Sequence record: OR941417.1
Length of the DNA stretch: 38,501 bases
Reading direction: 5' to 3' (one strand)
Source of the DNA: Escherichia phage RCF
The stretch's first letter is position 1. Every line of letters starts with the position of its first letter. The notes under the pieces were generated by a model, which saw nothing but the letters and a program-made list of their open reading frames with translations, searched no databases and had not been told where the DNA came from. A program made the translations under genes and the position numbers. Positions 30,511 to 38,062 of this stretch are shown piece after piece.

Positions 30511-30562
30511 AGGTCACATTCTGGCCTCTTCTCTCTTAATGCTAATTTACAAAGGAGGTCAC

Positions 30563-32170
30563 ATGGCTACAACTATTAAGACCGTGATGACTTACCCGCT
30601 GGATGGCTCCACTACGGACTTTAATATTCCGTTCGAGTATCTGGCGCGTAAGTTCGTCAGAGTGACCCTTATCGGTGTTGACCGAAAGGAACTCATCTTG
30701 AATCAAGACTATCGTTTTGCGACTAAGACCACAATCTCCACAACGAGAGCATTGGGGCCAGCGGACGGTTATAACCTTATCGAGATTCGTCGGTACACCT
30801 CAGCGACTGAACGTCTGGTTGACTTTACGGATGGCTCAATCCTCCGTGCGTATGACCTGAACATCTCGCAGGTGCAGACCCTCCACGTTGCTGAGGAAGC
30901 GCGTGACCTTACCGCTGATACGATTGGCGTTAACAACGATGGCGACTTGGATGCTCGTGGTCGTCGTATCGTGAACGTTGCGGACGCTAAAGACCCCGGT
31001 GACGCAATCACTTTGGGTCAAGTCTCTCGGTGGAATGAGTCGGCACTGAACTCTAAGAATGCTGCTGCTGCATCTCAACAGGCCGCTGCTGCATCCCAAC
31101 AGGCCGCTAAGACCTCAGAGAACAACTCGAAGGTGTCTGAGAACAACGCAAAGACCTCCGAGAGTAACGCGCATCAATGGGCGCAGCGTGCAGAGGACTC
31201 TCCGGTTCAGGGTAGCGAGTTCTCTGCGTATCACTACTCACGGAAGGCCTCAAAGAGTGCCGCCGCCGCAAGTACGTCTGAGGGGAATGCAAAGACCTCT
31301 GAGAACAACGCAAAGACCTCTGAGAACAACGCAAAGACCTCTGAGAGCAACGCCGCTACCAGTGCTGCAACCGCTATCGCTGAGGCCGCCAAGTTGACAA
31401 ACATGAATGATTTTGCGACTACCATCAAGGCTGTTAACACAGCTACCTACTCGGTTTCGTGGAAAGGTGATGGCATGTTTGACGGCTCGGTCACTGCTGG
31501 TAAAGGACTTACAGTGTCTACTGGTGACGTCACCATTAACCAAGGAACGGGCAACTGGGTTTTCCTGAATGGGTACACAGCAGTTGGTGTTAACTACACA
31601 TCCAATGGCATTCGTACATCTAACCGAAACAATCAGCGCGTGGACGACTACACGTGGGAAGCGACAGGGCAGTATTTTGCCAAAGTAGTCCACGTATACC
31701 AAGCAGGCAATCCAAACATTCCAGAGTTCTTCTACGAGTTCCGAAACAATGGTACTGTGCAGTTGGGCCAAGTTAGGGCGATTGGTGGAGATGAATCCAC
31801 CTTCCAGCACAACGTTAATATCCAGTGGGGTGGCCGTGGCGCCCGTTATCAGGAAAATGGCGACATTGTGTCTATACAGGGGGATGCATCCATCTTCCGA
31901 GAATTTGGAGGAACACTTAGTGGTACAATTAACTGGCTTAAGAATGTTAACATTCAGGACGTTTGGTTAGGTGGTCAGGAGTGGTGGGGTTCTTTACGTG
32001 GCAACGGGAATAGCCGTTCTGACTGGGCATTGGGTGGAGGCTCAGTGTGTACTGGCGTGACTCAGGATATGACAGCAGGTGAGCGTAATGCTTGGATTGA
32101 TGGTATATTCCATCGTAAGGTCTGGATTCGTTATGGCTCTGGGCAGCAGCGCATCATTGCTTCTGTTTAA
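30563..32170 (+). CDS. 17: Tail fibre protein (conserved N-terminal tail-attachment domain, repeat-containing shaft, divergent C-terminal receptor-binding region)
   Basis: N-terminal ~150 aa match T7 gp17 (IKTV.TY.LDGS..DFNIPFEYLARKFV.VTLIGVDRK, GVNNDG.LDARGRRIVN); the rest diverges. True start is ATG 30563 after AAAGGAGG; track start 30539 lies in the 5' UTR. Confidence 0.9.
   Translation: MATTIKTVMTYPLDGSTTDFNIPFEYLARKFVRVTLIGVDRKELILNQDYRFATKTTISTTRALGPADGYNLIEIRRYTSATERLVDFTDGSILRAYDLNISQVQTLHVAEEARDLTADTIGVNNDGDLDARGRRIVNVADAKDPGDAITLGQVSRWNESALNSKNAAAASQQAAAASQQAAKTSENNSKVSENNAKTSESNAHQWAQRAEDSPVQGSEFSAYHYSRKASKSAAAASTSEGNAKTSENNAKTSENNAKTSESNAATSAATAIAEAAKLTNMNDFATTIKAVNTATYSVSWKGDGMFDGSVTAGKGLTVSTGDVTINQGTGNWVFLNGYTAVGVNYTSNGIRTSNRNNQRVDDYTWEATGQYFAKVVHVYQAGNPNIPEFFYEFRNNGTVQLGQVRAIGGDESTFQHNVNIQWGGRGARYQENGDIVSIQGDASIFREFGGTLSGTINWLKNVNIQDVWLGGQEWWGSLRGNGNSRSDWALGGGSVCTGVTQDMTAGERNAWIDGIFHRKVWIRYGSGQQRIIASV
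31061..31351 (+). repeat. In-frame 21-bp (heptad) tandem repeats within tail fibre gene 17: block 1 at 31061..31169 (5 units), block 2 at 31289..31351 (3 units, 62/63 nt identical)
   Basis: Units GCAAAGACCTCTGAGAACAAC x2 then GCAAAGACCTCTGAGAGCAAC (AKTSENN/AKTSESN); upstream units encode AAASQQA x2 and AKTSENN/SKVSENN/AKTSESN. Confidence 0.9.
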
Positions 32171-32180
32171 GGAGAACAAT

Positions 32181-32567
32181 ATGGTTAAGTATGAAAACTG
32201 GAAGTGGACTAACGGTGAACAAGTCGGGCCTGATCGTTATATCGCCGAGATTAACATTGGGGAACTCTCTTGGTACGACCTGATGGAAGACTTGGATAAG
32301 CAAGGAGAACGTGTGGTCGTCGGTGTGTCCAGCGATGGAAGCGTCAACTGGTTCACCGATGGTCGGGTATCAGGTGTTCACGCCCCGTCTGATGGGACAA
32401 GTGTTGTTGTGGTTGATAGTGTCCCATTCACTCAGGAAGACTATCGACAATTCATCTTGGTAGGCAACGAGTTCCAGCGTAAGGAAAGCACGCTAACTCC
32501 GCGCACTAAGGAAGACATCATGGCTGACTTAATTAAACTTCAAGAGGAACTGAAAGCTATGGCATAG
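32181..32567 (+). CDS. Hypothetical 128-aa acidic protein between tail fibre and holin; family not recognised
   Basis: ATG 32181 with RBS TAAGGAGAACAAT, 10 nt after the gene 17 stop, no phage promoter of its own. No TM segment. Track start 32079 is inside gene 17 and unlikely. Confidence 0.6.
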   Translation: MVKYENWKWTNGEQVGPDRYIAEINIGELSWYDLMEDLDKQGERVVVGVSSDGSVNWFTDGRVSGVHAPSDGTSVVVVDSVPFTQEDYRQFILVGNEFQRKESTLTPRTKEDIMADLIKLQEELKAMA

Positions 32568-32607
32568 CGATAAAGAACAAGGATGTTCACACATAAGGAG
32601 AACAAGA

Positions 32608-32811
32608 ATGTTATCTTTTGACTTCAATAACGAGGTCGTTAAGGCTGCGCCGATTGTTGGCACAGGGGTCGCTGATGGTGCGGCCCGACTCTTTTGGGGA
32701 CTATCGTTAAACGAATGGTTCTACGTTGCAGCTATCGCCTACACAGTGGTTCAGATTGGTGCCAAGGTAGTCGATAAAATGATTGACTGGAAACGTGCAA
32801 ATAAGGAGTAA
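32608..32811 (+). CDS. 17.5: Type II holin
   Basis: 67 aa, near-identical in pattern to T7 gp17.5 (ML.DFNNE..KAAPIVGTGVAD..ARLF.GLSLNEWFYVAAIAYTVVQIGAKVVDKMIDWK.ANKE). Confidence 0.92.
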   Translation: MLSFDFNNEVVKAAPIVGTGVADGAARLFWGLSLNEWFYVAAIAYTVVQIGAKVVDKMIDWKRANKE

Positions 32812-32814
32812 CCT

Positions 32815-33081
32815 ATGAGCGACAAGACTTTAATCAAGCTGCTGGAGATGCTGGACACGGAGATGGCACAGCGTATGCTTGCTGACCTCCAGAGCGAGGA
32901 ACGCCGAACTCCGCAGCTTTACAACGCAATCGGCAAACTGTTAGACCGCCATAAGTTCCAAATCAGTAAGCTGACCCCGGATGAGAACATCCTTGGCGGT
33001 CTCGCGGCTGGTCTGGAAGACTACAACAAAGTGGTCGGCCCTAATGGTCTGACTGACGATGAGACTATCACGCTACAGTAA
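32815..33081 (+). CDS. 18: Terminase small subunit (DNA maturation protein A)
   Basis: 88-aa ORF in the gene 18 position, followed by an RNase III-type hairpin. Confidence 0.9.
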   Translation: MSDKTLIKLLEMLDTEMAQRMLADLQSEERRTPQLYNAIGKLLDRHKFQISKLTPDENILGGLAAGLEDYNKVVGPNGLTDDETITLQ

Positions 33082-33085
33082 GTGA

Positions 33086-33124
33086 CATACTCAAGGTTCT
33101 CCACGCGGGGAGCCTTTATGGATG
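33086..33124 (+). promoter_or_regulatory. RNase III-type processing hairpin (ACTCAAGGTTCTCCACGCGGGGAGCCTTTATGGATG)
   Basis: Same motif family, between genes 18 and 18.5. Confidence 0.65.
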
Positions 33125-33170
33125 TTATTTGGTGCATCTATGTGAAATCTGAAAATTGATGGGAGGTGTT

Positions 33171-33623
33171 ATGCTAAAACTTTTACGCAGCGCACTCCCT
33201 TGGGTACTCGCCGGGACACTCTTTATGGGTGGCTGGCACTTAGGATCAACCCATGAGAGAGCAAACTGGAAGGAGGTAATCCAAAATGAATACATTGCGA
33301 AAACAAAAGCAACCGCAGCAACTCAGGCAGAGGTCAGTCGGGTATCCCGTGAGTACCAAGAAGAGATTGCAGCCATTGAAGGCAGCACTGATAGGATGCT
33401 TAATGACCTGCGTAGTAATAATAAGCGGCTGTCAGTCCGCATCAAAACCCTTACCGGACTACCAGAAGATAACGGTAGATGCGAGTTTAATGGTCGAGCC
33501 GAACTACACGAGTCAGATGCTAAGCGTATTATCGGAATAACCCAAGCTGCTGATGCTCACGTAAGAGCGCTCCAGCGTACTATTAAGGAGATGCAGAATG
33601 AGCGACACCCAAGCAAACCGTAA
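33171..33623 (+). CDS. 18.5: Rz-like i-spanin (inner-membrane spanin subunit)
   Basis: N-terminal TM segment then coiled region; matches T7 gp18.5 (LIPWVLAG.LF..GWHLGS...KW, EGSTDR...DLRS.NKRL.VR.KT). Start at ATG 33171 after GGGAGG. Confidence 0.85.
   Translation: MLKLLRSALPWVLAGTLFMGGWHLGSTHERANWKEVIQNEYIAKTKATAATQAEVSRVSREYQEEIAAIEGSTDRMLNDLRSNNKRLSVRIKTLTGLPEDNGRCEFNGRAELHESDAKRIIGITQAADAHVRALQRTIKEMQNERHPSKP
33286..33540 (+). CDS. 18.7: Rz1-like o-spanin (outer-membrane lipoprotein), fully embedded in 18.5 in another frame
   Basis: 84 aa with lipoprotein signal and lipobox (VVIISGC); resembles T7 gp18.7 (..ALIG....CV.TISGC..., SLMVEPN.T..ML.V.S). Confidence 0.8.
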   Translation: MNTLRKQKQPQQLRQRSVGYPVSTKKRLQPLKAALIGCLMTCVVIISGCQSASKPLPDYQKITVDASLMVEPNYTSQMLSVLSE

Positions 33624-35361
33624 TGCGCTAATCATCGCGCAGCTTAAGGGTGACTTCGTGGCCTTCCTGTTCGTATTGTGGAAGGCTTTGGCTCTCCCGC
33701 CGCCAACTAAGTGTCAGATTGATATGGCCCGGTGTCTGGCTAACGGAGACAACAAGAAGTTTATCCTACAGGCTTTCCGTGGTATCGGGAAGTCATTCAT
33801 CACCTGTGCGTTCGTTGTGTGGACGTTATGGCGTGACCCACAGTTGAAGATACTAATTGTCTCTGCATCCAAAGAACGTGCGGACGCTAACTCCATCTTC
33901 ATCAAGAACATCATTGACCTGCTGCCCTTCTTGGCTGAGCTAAAACCTCGCCCCGGTCAGCGTGACTCTGTGATTAGTTTCGATGTTGGCCCTGCCAAGC
34001 CTGACCACTCTCCGTCTGTGAAGTCGGTGGGTATCACTGGTCAGTTGACTGGTAGTCGTGCTGATATCATCATAGCGGATGACGTTGAGATTCCGTCTAA
34101 CTCCGCAACTCAAGGTGCCCGTGAGAAGCTGTGGACTCTGGTGCAGGAATTTGCTGCGCTTCTGAAACCGCTGCCGACTTCTCGCGTTATCTACCTTGGC
34201 ACGCCTCAAACCGAAATGACCTTGTACAAGGAACTCGAAGATAACCGTGGGTACACCACAATCATCTGGCCTGCGCTCTATCCGCGTAGCCGTGAGGAAG
34301 ACTTGTACTATGGCGACCGTCTGGCCCCTATGCTCCGCGAAGAGTTCAACGATGGGTTCGAGATGCTCCAAGGTCAACCAACTGACCCCGTGCGCTTCGA
34401 TATGGAAGACCTGCGTGAGCGTGAGTTGGAATACGGTAAGGCTGGCTTCACTTTGCAGTTCATGCTCAACCCGAACCTGAGTGATGCCGAGAAGTACCCC
34501 TTACGCCTCCGTGACGCTATCGTGTGCGGTCTGGACTTCGAGAAAGCCCCAATGCATTACCAGTGGCTTCCGAACCGTCAGAATCGCAATGAAGAGCTTC
34601 CTAACGTGGGCCTTAAGGGTGATGATATTCATAGCTATCATTCGTGCAGCCAGAACACTGGACAGTACCAGCAACGCATCCTCGTGATTGACCCTAGTGG
34701 TCGCGGTAAGGATGAGACAGGTTACGCAGTGTTGTTCACCCTGAATGGCTACATCTATCTGATGGAAGCTGGCGGGTTCCGCGATGGTTATTCCGATAAG
34801 ACCCTTGAGTCCCTCTCTAAGAAAGCGAAGCAGTGGAAGGTTCAGACAGTGGTCTTCGAGAGTAACTTCGGGGATGGTATGTTTGGTAAGGTATTCAGCC
34901 CTGTGCTCCTGAAACACCATGCAGCGCAACTTGAAGAGATTCGTGCTCGTGGTATGAAGGAACTACGCATTTGTGATACGCTGGAGCCTGTACTCTCTAC
35001 GCACCGCCTTGTGATTCGTGACGAGGTGATTCGTGAGGACTACCAGACTGCCCGTGACGCTGATGGCAAGCACGACGTTCGCTATTCGCTGTTCTACCAG
35101 TTGACCCGTATGGCTCGTGAGAAGGGCGCTGTGGCCCACGATGACCGACTTGATGCGTTAGCATTGGGTGTGGAGTTCTTACGCTCTACGATGGAACTGG
35201 ACGCCGTGAAGGTGGAGGCTGAGGTGCTTGAGGCGTTCTTAGAGGAACACATGGAGCACCCAATCCATTCGGCTGGTCATGTAGTCACCTCTATGGTTGA
35301 CGGTATGGAACTCTATTGGGAGGATGACGATGTGAATGGCAATAGGTTCATTGACTGGTAG
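33598..35361 (+). CDS. 19: Terminase large subunit (DNA maturation protein B)
   Basis: 587 aa, highly similar to T7 gp19 along its length ([81 protein letters not shown]). Confidence 0.97.
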   Translation: MSDTQANRNALIIAQLKGDFVAFLFVLWKALALPPPTKCQIDMARCLANGDNKKFILQAFRGIGKSFITCAFVVWTLWRDPQLKILIVSASKERADANSIFIKNIIDLLPFLAELKPRPGQRDSVISFDVGPAKPDHSPSVKSVGITGQLTGSRADIIIADDVEIPSNSATQGAREKLWTLVQEFAALLKPLPTSRVIYLGTPQTEMTLYKELEDNRGYTTIIWPALYPRSREEDLYYGDRLAPMLREEFNDGFEMLQGQPTDPVRFDMEDLRERELEYGKAGFTLQFMLNPNLSDAEKYPLRLRDAIVCGLDFEKAPMHYQWLPNRQNRNEELPNVGLKGDDIHSYHSCSQNTGQYQQRILVIDPSGRGKDETGYAVLFTLNGYIYLMEAGGFRDGYSDKTLESLSKKAKQWKVQTVVFESNFGDGMFGKVFSPVLLKHHAAQLEEIRARGMKELRICDTLEPVLSTHRLVIRDEVIREDYQTARDADGKHDVRYSLFYQLTRMAREKGAVAHDDRLDALALGVEFLRSTMELDAVKVEAEVLEAFLEEHMEHPIHSAGHVVTSMVDGMELYWEDDDVNGNRFIDW

Positions 35362-35441
35362 TTATGCATATTGAGCGCATAAGGATTCAATTAGACCACG
35401 GATGGTCACTTTAAGAAACTCCTTAAGAATCAATGAGTTTG

Positions 35442-35466
35442 AATTAACCCTCACTAAAGGGAGAGA
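35442..35466 (+). promoter_or_regulatory. phiOR: T3-type phage RNAP promoter (phiOR-like), GAATTAACCCTCACTAAAGGGAGAG
   Basis: Perfect consensus match near the right end, upstream of gene 19.5. Confidence 0.85.
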
Positions 35467-35604
35467 GGGGACTTAAAGCTACTATATAGGTTAGTCATTC
35501 AGGTTATGCAATGACCCTTTATGCACTTTAAGTCTCCTCTATGATTGGTGATATTATCATTGTATAATCACCCTACCTTAGAGCAACTGAAAGGAGGTGG
35601 CTCA

Positions 35605-35754
35605 ATGTTACGCTTGCTGATTGCCCTGCTGCGTCATAGAGTCACTTGGCGATTTCTTCTGGTACTTGCTGCTACCCTTGGGTACGCAGGTCTTACTGAC
35701 CACCTCGGTCAACTGGAAGTGGCCTTTTGCTCTATACTCTCTTGTGGGGATTAA
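35605..35754 (+). CDS. 19.5: Gene 19.5 protein (49 aa)
   Basis: MLRLLIALLRHRVTWRFLLVLAATLGYAGLTDHLGQLEVAFCSILSCGD resembles T7 gp19.5; AAGGAGG RBS. Track start 35545 is upstream in-frame. Confidence 0.8.
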   Translation: MLRLLIALLRHRVTWRFLLVLAATLGYAGLTDHLGQLEVAFCSILSCGD

Positions 35755-35822
35755 ATTATTGTTGATGAACGACAAGCGGCTCTGAGGGATTCGTAGGTAT
35801 AGTTTCACTACACCAACTCATC

Positions 35823-36410
35823 CCTGTAGAGTCAACCCTAAAGGTTATACCTAAAGATGCCCTGTAGTTCGTAATGGTCTTACAGGGTCTTCTGGTGTCT
35901 CCTAGCTATCCCTTCGGGATGCGCCTATGGTCTCACCTATGGTGTGGCCTTACCTAAAGTGGGTTCCTAAAGAGACCCTTTAAGAATTTACCACAAAAAT
36001 CTGAATGGGTATCTCACAGTTCAAGAACCCAAAGTACCCCCCATAGCCCCTCTTAAAGCCACCTAAAGCCAGCCCTACCCCTAGGGTTTAACCTTCGGTT
36101 AACCTTGAGTGTCTCCTCAAGTGGCCTATAGGATAGCCTAAAGTGATTCCTAAAGTCAATACCTAAAGTGGTGGATGGCTTAAGGAGGCCTTAAAGAGTG
36201 TCCTAGTGTACCAGTTCGATAGTACATCTCTATGTGTCCCTATCTGTTAGCCTCATAAAGTAAACCCTAAAGCCTCCACCTAAAGCCTCCACCTAAAGCC
36301 ACTACCTAAAGACCAGACCTAAAGCCTCCACCTAAAGAGTGGAGCTATCTTAAAGACAACCAGACTGATAGACCAACTGTTAGCCTGTAGTGACGCCCTG
36401 TAGTTATCTG
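35823..36410 (+). repeat. Genome-end region: arrays of the heptamer CCTAAAG (about 14 exact copies plus CTTAAAG variants), CCCTGTAG motifs, and the probable terminal repeat (about 36012..36241)
   Basis: Exact CCTAAAG copies at 35837, 35850, 35953, 35966, 36062, 36137, 36149, 36162, 36266, 36279, 36292, 36305, 36318 and 36331. TCTCACAG at 36012 matches the conserved T7-group left terminus, and nearby blocks (AACCTTCGGTT.ACCTTGAG, GTGTCCCTATCTGTTA) match the T7 terminal repeat. Confidence 0.6.
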
Positions 36411-36420
36411 TAGTCAATTC

Positions 36421-36442
36421 AATTACCCTCACTAAAGGGAAT
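36421..36442 (+). promoter_or_regulatory. phiOL: T3-type phage RNAP promoter (phiOL-like), AATTACCCTCACTAAAGGGAAT
   Basis: Matches the T3 promoter consensus at the left end. Confidence 0.8.
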
Positions 36443-36495
36443 AAGGGATACTTAAAGAGGGAATAAGGGATTTAATAAAAGATTTAAATTAATGG

Positions 36496-36525
36496 TTGAC
36501 TTTAAGTAACCCTTAAGGCTATTAT
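36496..36525 (+). promoter_or_regulatory. A1: Host sigma70 early promoter A1-like (TTGACT, ~18 nt spacer, TATTAT)
   Basis: -35/-10 hexamers read from the sequence; location at the genome left end matches T7 A1. Confidence 0.55.
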
Positions 36526-36624
36526 TCATCTCGTCAACGGGACAACGGCCTTAAAGCCACTCCCTGAGATACCGGAGTCAACCGGATAAGTAGACAGCCT
36601 GATAAGTCATACGAAAAACAGGCA

Positions 36625-36654
36625 TTGACAACATGAAGTAACATGCAGTAAGAT
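36625..36654 (+). promoter_or_regulatory. A2: Host sigma70 early promoter A2 (TTGACA ACATGAAGTAACATGCAG TAAGAT)
   Basis: Near-identical to the T7 A2 promoter sequence as I recall it. Confidence 0.8.
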
Positions 36655-36734
36655 GTACCACATAACGTCAACCACAAATCGGTGTCTTCTAGGTGACTTA
36701 AGCGCACCACGGCACATAAAGCGAAACAAAATGG

Positions 36735-36763
36735 TTGACAACATGAAGTAAGCACGGTACGAT
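36735..36763 (+). promoter_or_regulatory. A3: Host sigma70 early promoter A3 (TTGACA ACATGAAGTAAGCACGG TACGAT)
   Basis: Near-identical to the T7 A3 promoter; followed by GTACCACAT. Confidence 0.8.
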
Positions 36764-36887
36764 GTACCACATTGAAACGACAGTGAGGCGGGACACTGAA
36801 AGCCGCTAGGGTCTAACGAAACCAGACCGACACGCTCTTTAACAATCTGGATAATAGCTCTTGAGTGTACCGATGTATAAGCGAATA

Positions 36888-36925
36888 ACTCAAGGTCGCA
36901 CTAAAAGCGTGGCCTTTATGATATT
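36888..36925 (+). promoter_or_regulatory. RNase III-type processing hairpin upstream of gene 0.3 (ACTCAAGGTCGCACTAAAAGCGTGGCCTTTATGATATTC)
   Basis: Same motif family; position corresponds to T7 R0.3. Confidence 0.7.
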
Positions 36926-36958
36926 CACTTAACACGAACTAACATGAGGTAACACCAA

Positions 36959-37417
36959 ATGATTTTCACTAAAGAGCCTGCTAACGTCTTCTATGTACTG
37001 GTGTCAGCTTTCCGTTCAAACCTTGACGATGAGGTGAACATGAGCCGCCACCGCCACATGGTAAGTACTTTACGTGCCGCACCGGGTCTTTATGGCTCCG
37101 TTGAGTCAACCGATTTGACCGGGTGCTATCGTGAGGCAATCGCAAGCGCACCAACTGAGGAAAAAACGGTTCGTGTACGCTGCAAGGACAAGGCGCAGGC
37201 GCTCAATGTTGCACGCTTAGCTTGCAATGAGTGGGAGCAAGATTGCGTACTGGTATACAAATCACAGACTCACACGGCTGGTCTGGTGTACGCTAAAGGT
37301 ATCGACGGGTATAAGGCTGAACGCCTGCCGGGTAGCTTCCAAGAGGTTCCTAAAGGCGCACCACTGAAAGGGTGCTTTACGATTGACGAGTTCGGTCGCC
37401 GCTGGCAAGTACAGTAA
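36959..37417 (+). CDS. 0.3: S-adenosyl-L-methionine hydrolase/lyase (anti-restriction protein)
   Basis: 152 aa starting MIFTKEPANVFYVLVSAFRSNL..., which I recognise as the T3 SAMase; first gene after host promoters A1-A3 and the R0.3 hairpin. This is T3-type, not the T7 Ocr protein. Confidence 0.92.
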   Translation: MIFTKEPANVFYVLVSAFRSNLDDEVNMSRHRHMVSTLRAAPGLYGSVESTDLTGCYREAIASAPTEEKTVRVRCKDKAQALNVARLACNEWEQDCVLVYKSQTHTAGLVYAKGIDGYKAERLPGSFQEVPKGAPLKGCFTIDEFGRRWQVQ

Positions 37418-37423
37418 GTGATA

Positions 37424-37460
37424 GACTCAAGGTCGCACTGTATGTGTGGCCTTTATGATT
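37424..37460 (+). promoter_or_regulatory. RNase III-type processing hairpin after gene 0.3 (GACTCAAGGTCGCACTGTATGTGTGGCCTTTATGATTATC)
   Basis: Same motif family; near-duplicate of the site at 36888. Confidence 0.7.
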
Positions 37461-37489
37461 ATCACTTAGCACGTTATAGGACTAACACC

Positions 37490-37690
37490 ATGAGTAAACT
37501 ACTGGCAACATCTAAAATAGAAGGCCAATGCACTGTAACACTGCGCGAGTATTACCACGGGTCAATGGGAAGCACCTACGTTGTGCGATACGGTAAACAG
37601 GTCACACATTGGGTAAATCCGATTTTAGCACAAGAGGATTATCAAGCCTGTGTGATACACCAAGCAACATGTGCGGGCTGGAATGATTGA
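37490..37690 (+). CDS. Early small protein (66 aa), function unknown
   Basis: ORF following an RNase III-type hairpin; true start ATG 37490 (MSKLLATSKIEGQC...). Position corresponds to the T7/T3 0.4-0.6 block. Confidence 0.6.
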   Translation: MSKLLATSKIEGQCTVTLREYYHGSMGSTYVVRYGKQVTHWVNPILAQEDYQACVIHQATCAGWND

Positions 37691-37709
37691 CATAACAGGA
37701 GGATTAGCA

Positions 37710-37868
37710 ATGGCTATACTTATCACTATCGCACTCTTTGCGGTCGCTGGCTGGTACTCTGAGTCACGCAAGGCCGCTCGCTATCATCGCAAGATGGTTA
37801 AACTCATGGAACACTTGGACGAAGAAGGGCGAGGCCGCGAGGCTATCGAACTGGTGAAACACGCATGA
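37710..37868 (+). CDS. Early small membrane protein (52 aa), function unknown
   Basis: ATG 37710 after AGGAGG; N-terminal hydrophobic helix (MAILITIALFAVAGWY). Track start 37671 is inside the upstream gene. Confidence 0.55.
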   Translation: MAILITIALFAVAGWYSESRKAARYHRKMVKLMEHLDEEGRGREAIELVKHA

Positions 37869-38062
37869 TGATTCTCTTTATCGCACTGGTCTATCTGTGC
37901 ATCGCAATGTACTTTATGCGAGACTTTAAGCGCGGTCTGGCAATACACAAGGCAACGCTGAGTTACTTTAAGTGGGGATTCATCCCACGGTTTACGGTTC
38001 GTGAACGTAACGGACGCTTTAAGGCCAACAAGGTAGGAGTATTCTACATTGCTACGCACTAA
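37865..38062 (+). CDS. Early small protein (65 aa), function unknown
   Basis: ATG overlaps the stop of the previous ORF (ATGA coupling); hydrophobic N-terminus, basic C-terminus. Confidence 0.45.
   Translation: MMILFIALVYLCIAMYFMRDFKRGLAIHKATLSYFKWGFIPRFTVRERNGRFKANKVGVFYIATH

Noticed and set aside
32079-32180. Upstream ATG (32079) given by the ORF track for the extra ORF, which would make it 162 aa
   Set aside because: That start lies inside the 3' end of gene 17 with no RBS, whereas ATG 32181 has a strong Shine-Dalgarno at the right spacing. The shorter 128-aa form is preferred.
33650-34687. Small + strand ORFs inside terminase gene 19 in alternative frames (33650..33847, 34247..34480, 34481..34687)
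   Set aside because: T7 has small overlapping ORFs annotated within gene 19 (19.2, 19.3), but these translations are Arg/Ser/Cys-rich with no RBS and I cannot match them to those products. Insufficient support without conservation data.
35823-36410. Possible CRISPR array suggested by the many short direct repeats
   Set aside because: The repeat unit is only 7 bp with irregular spacing and no spacer-like unique segments of uniform length, and there are no cas genes. The pattern matches the CCTAAAG arrays that flank T7-group terminal repeats.
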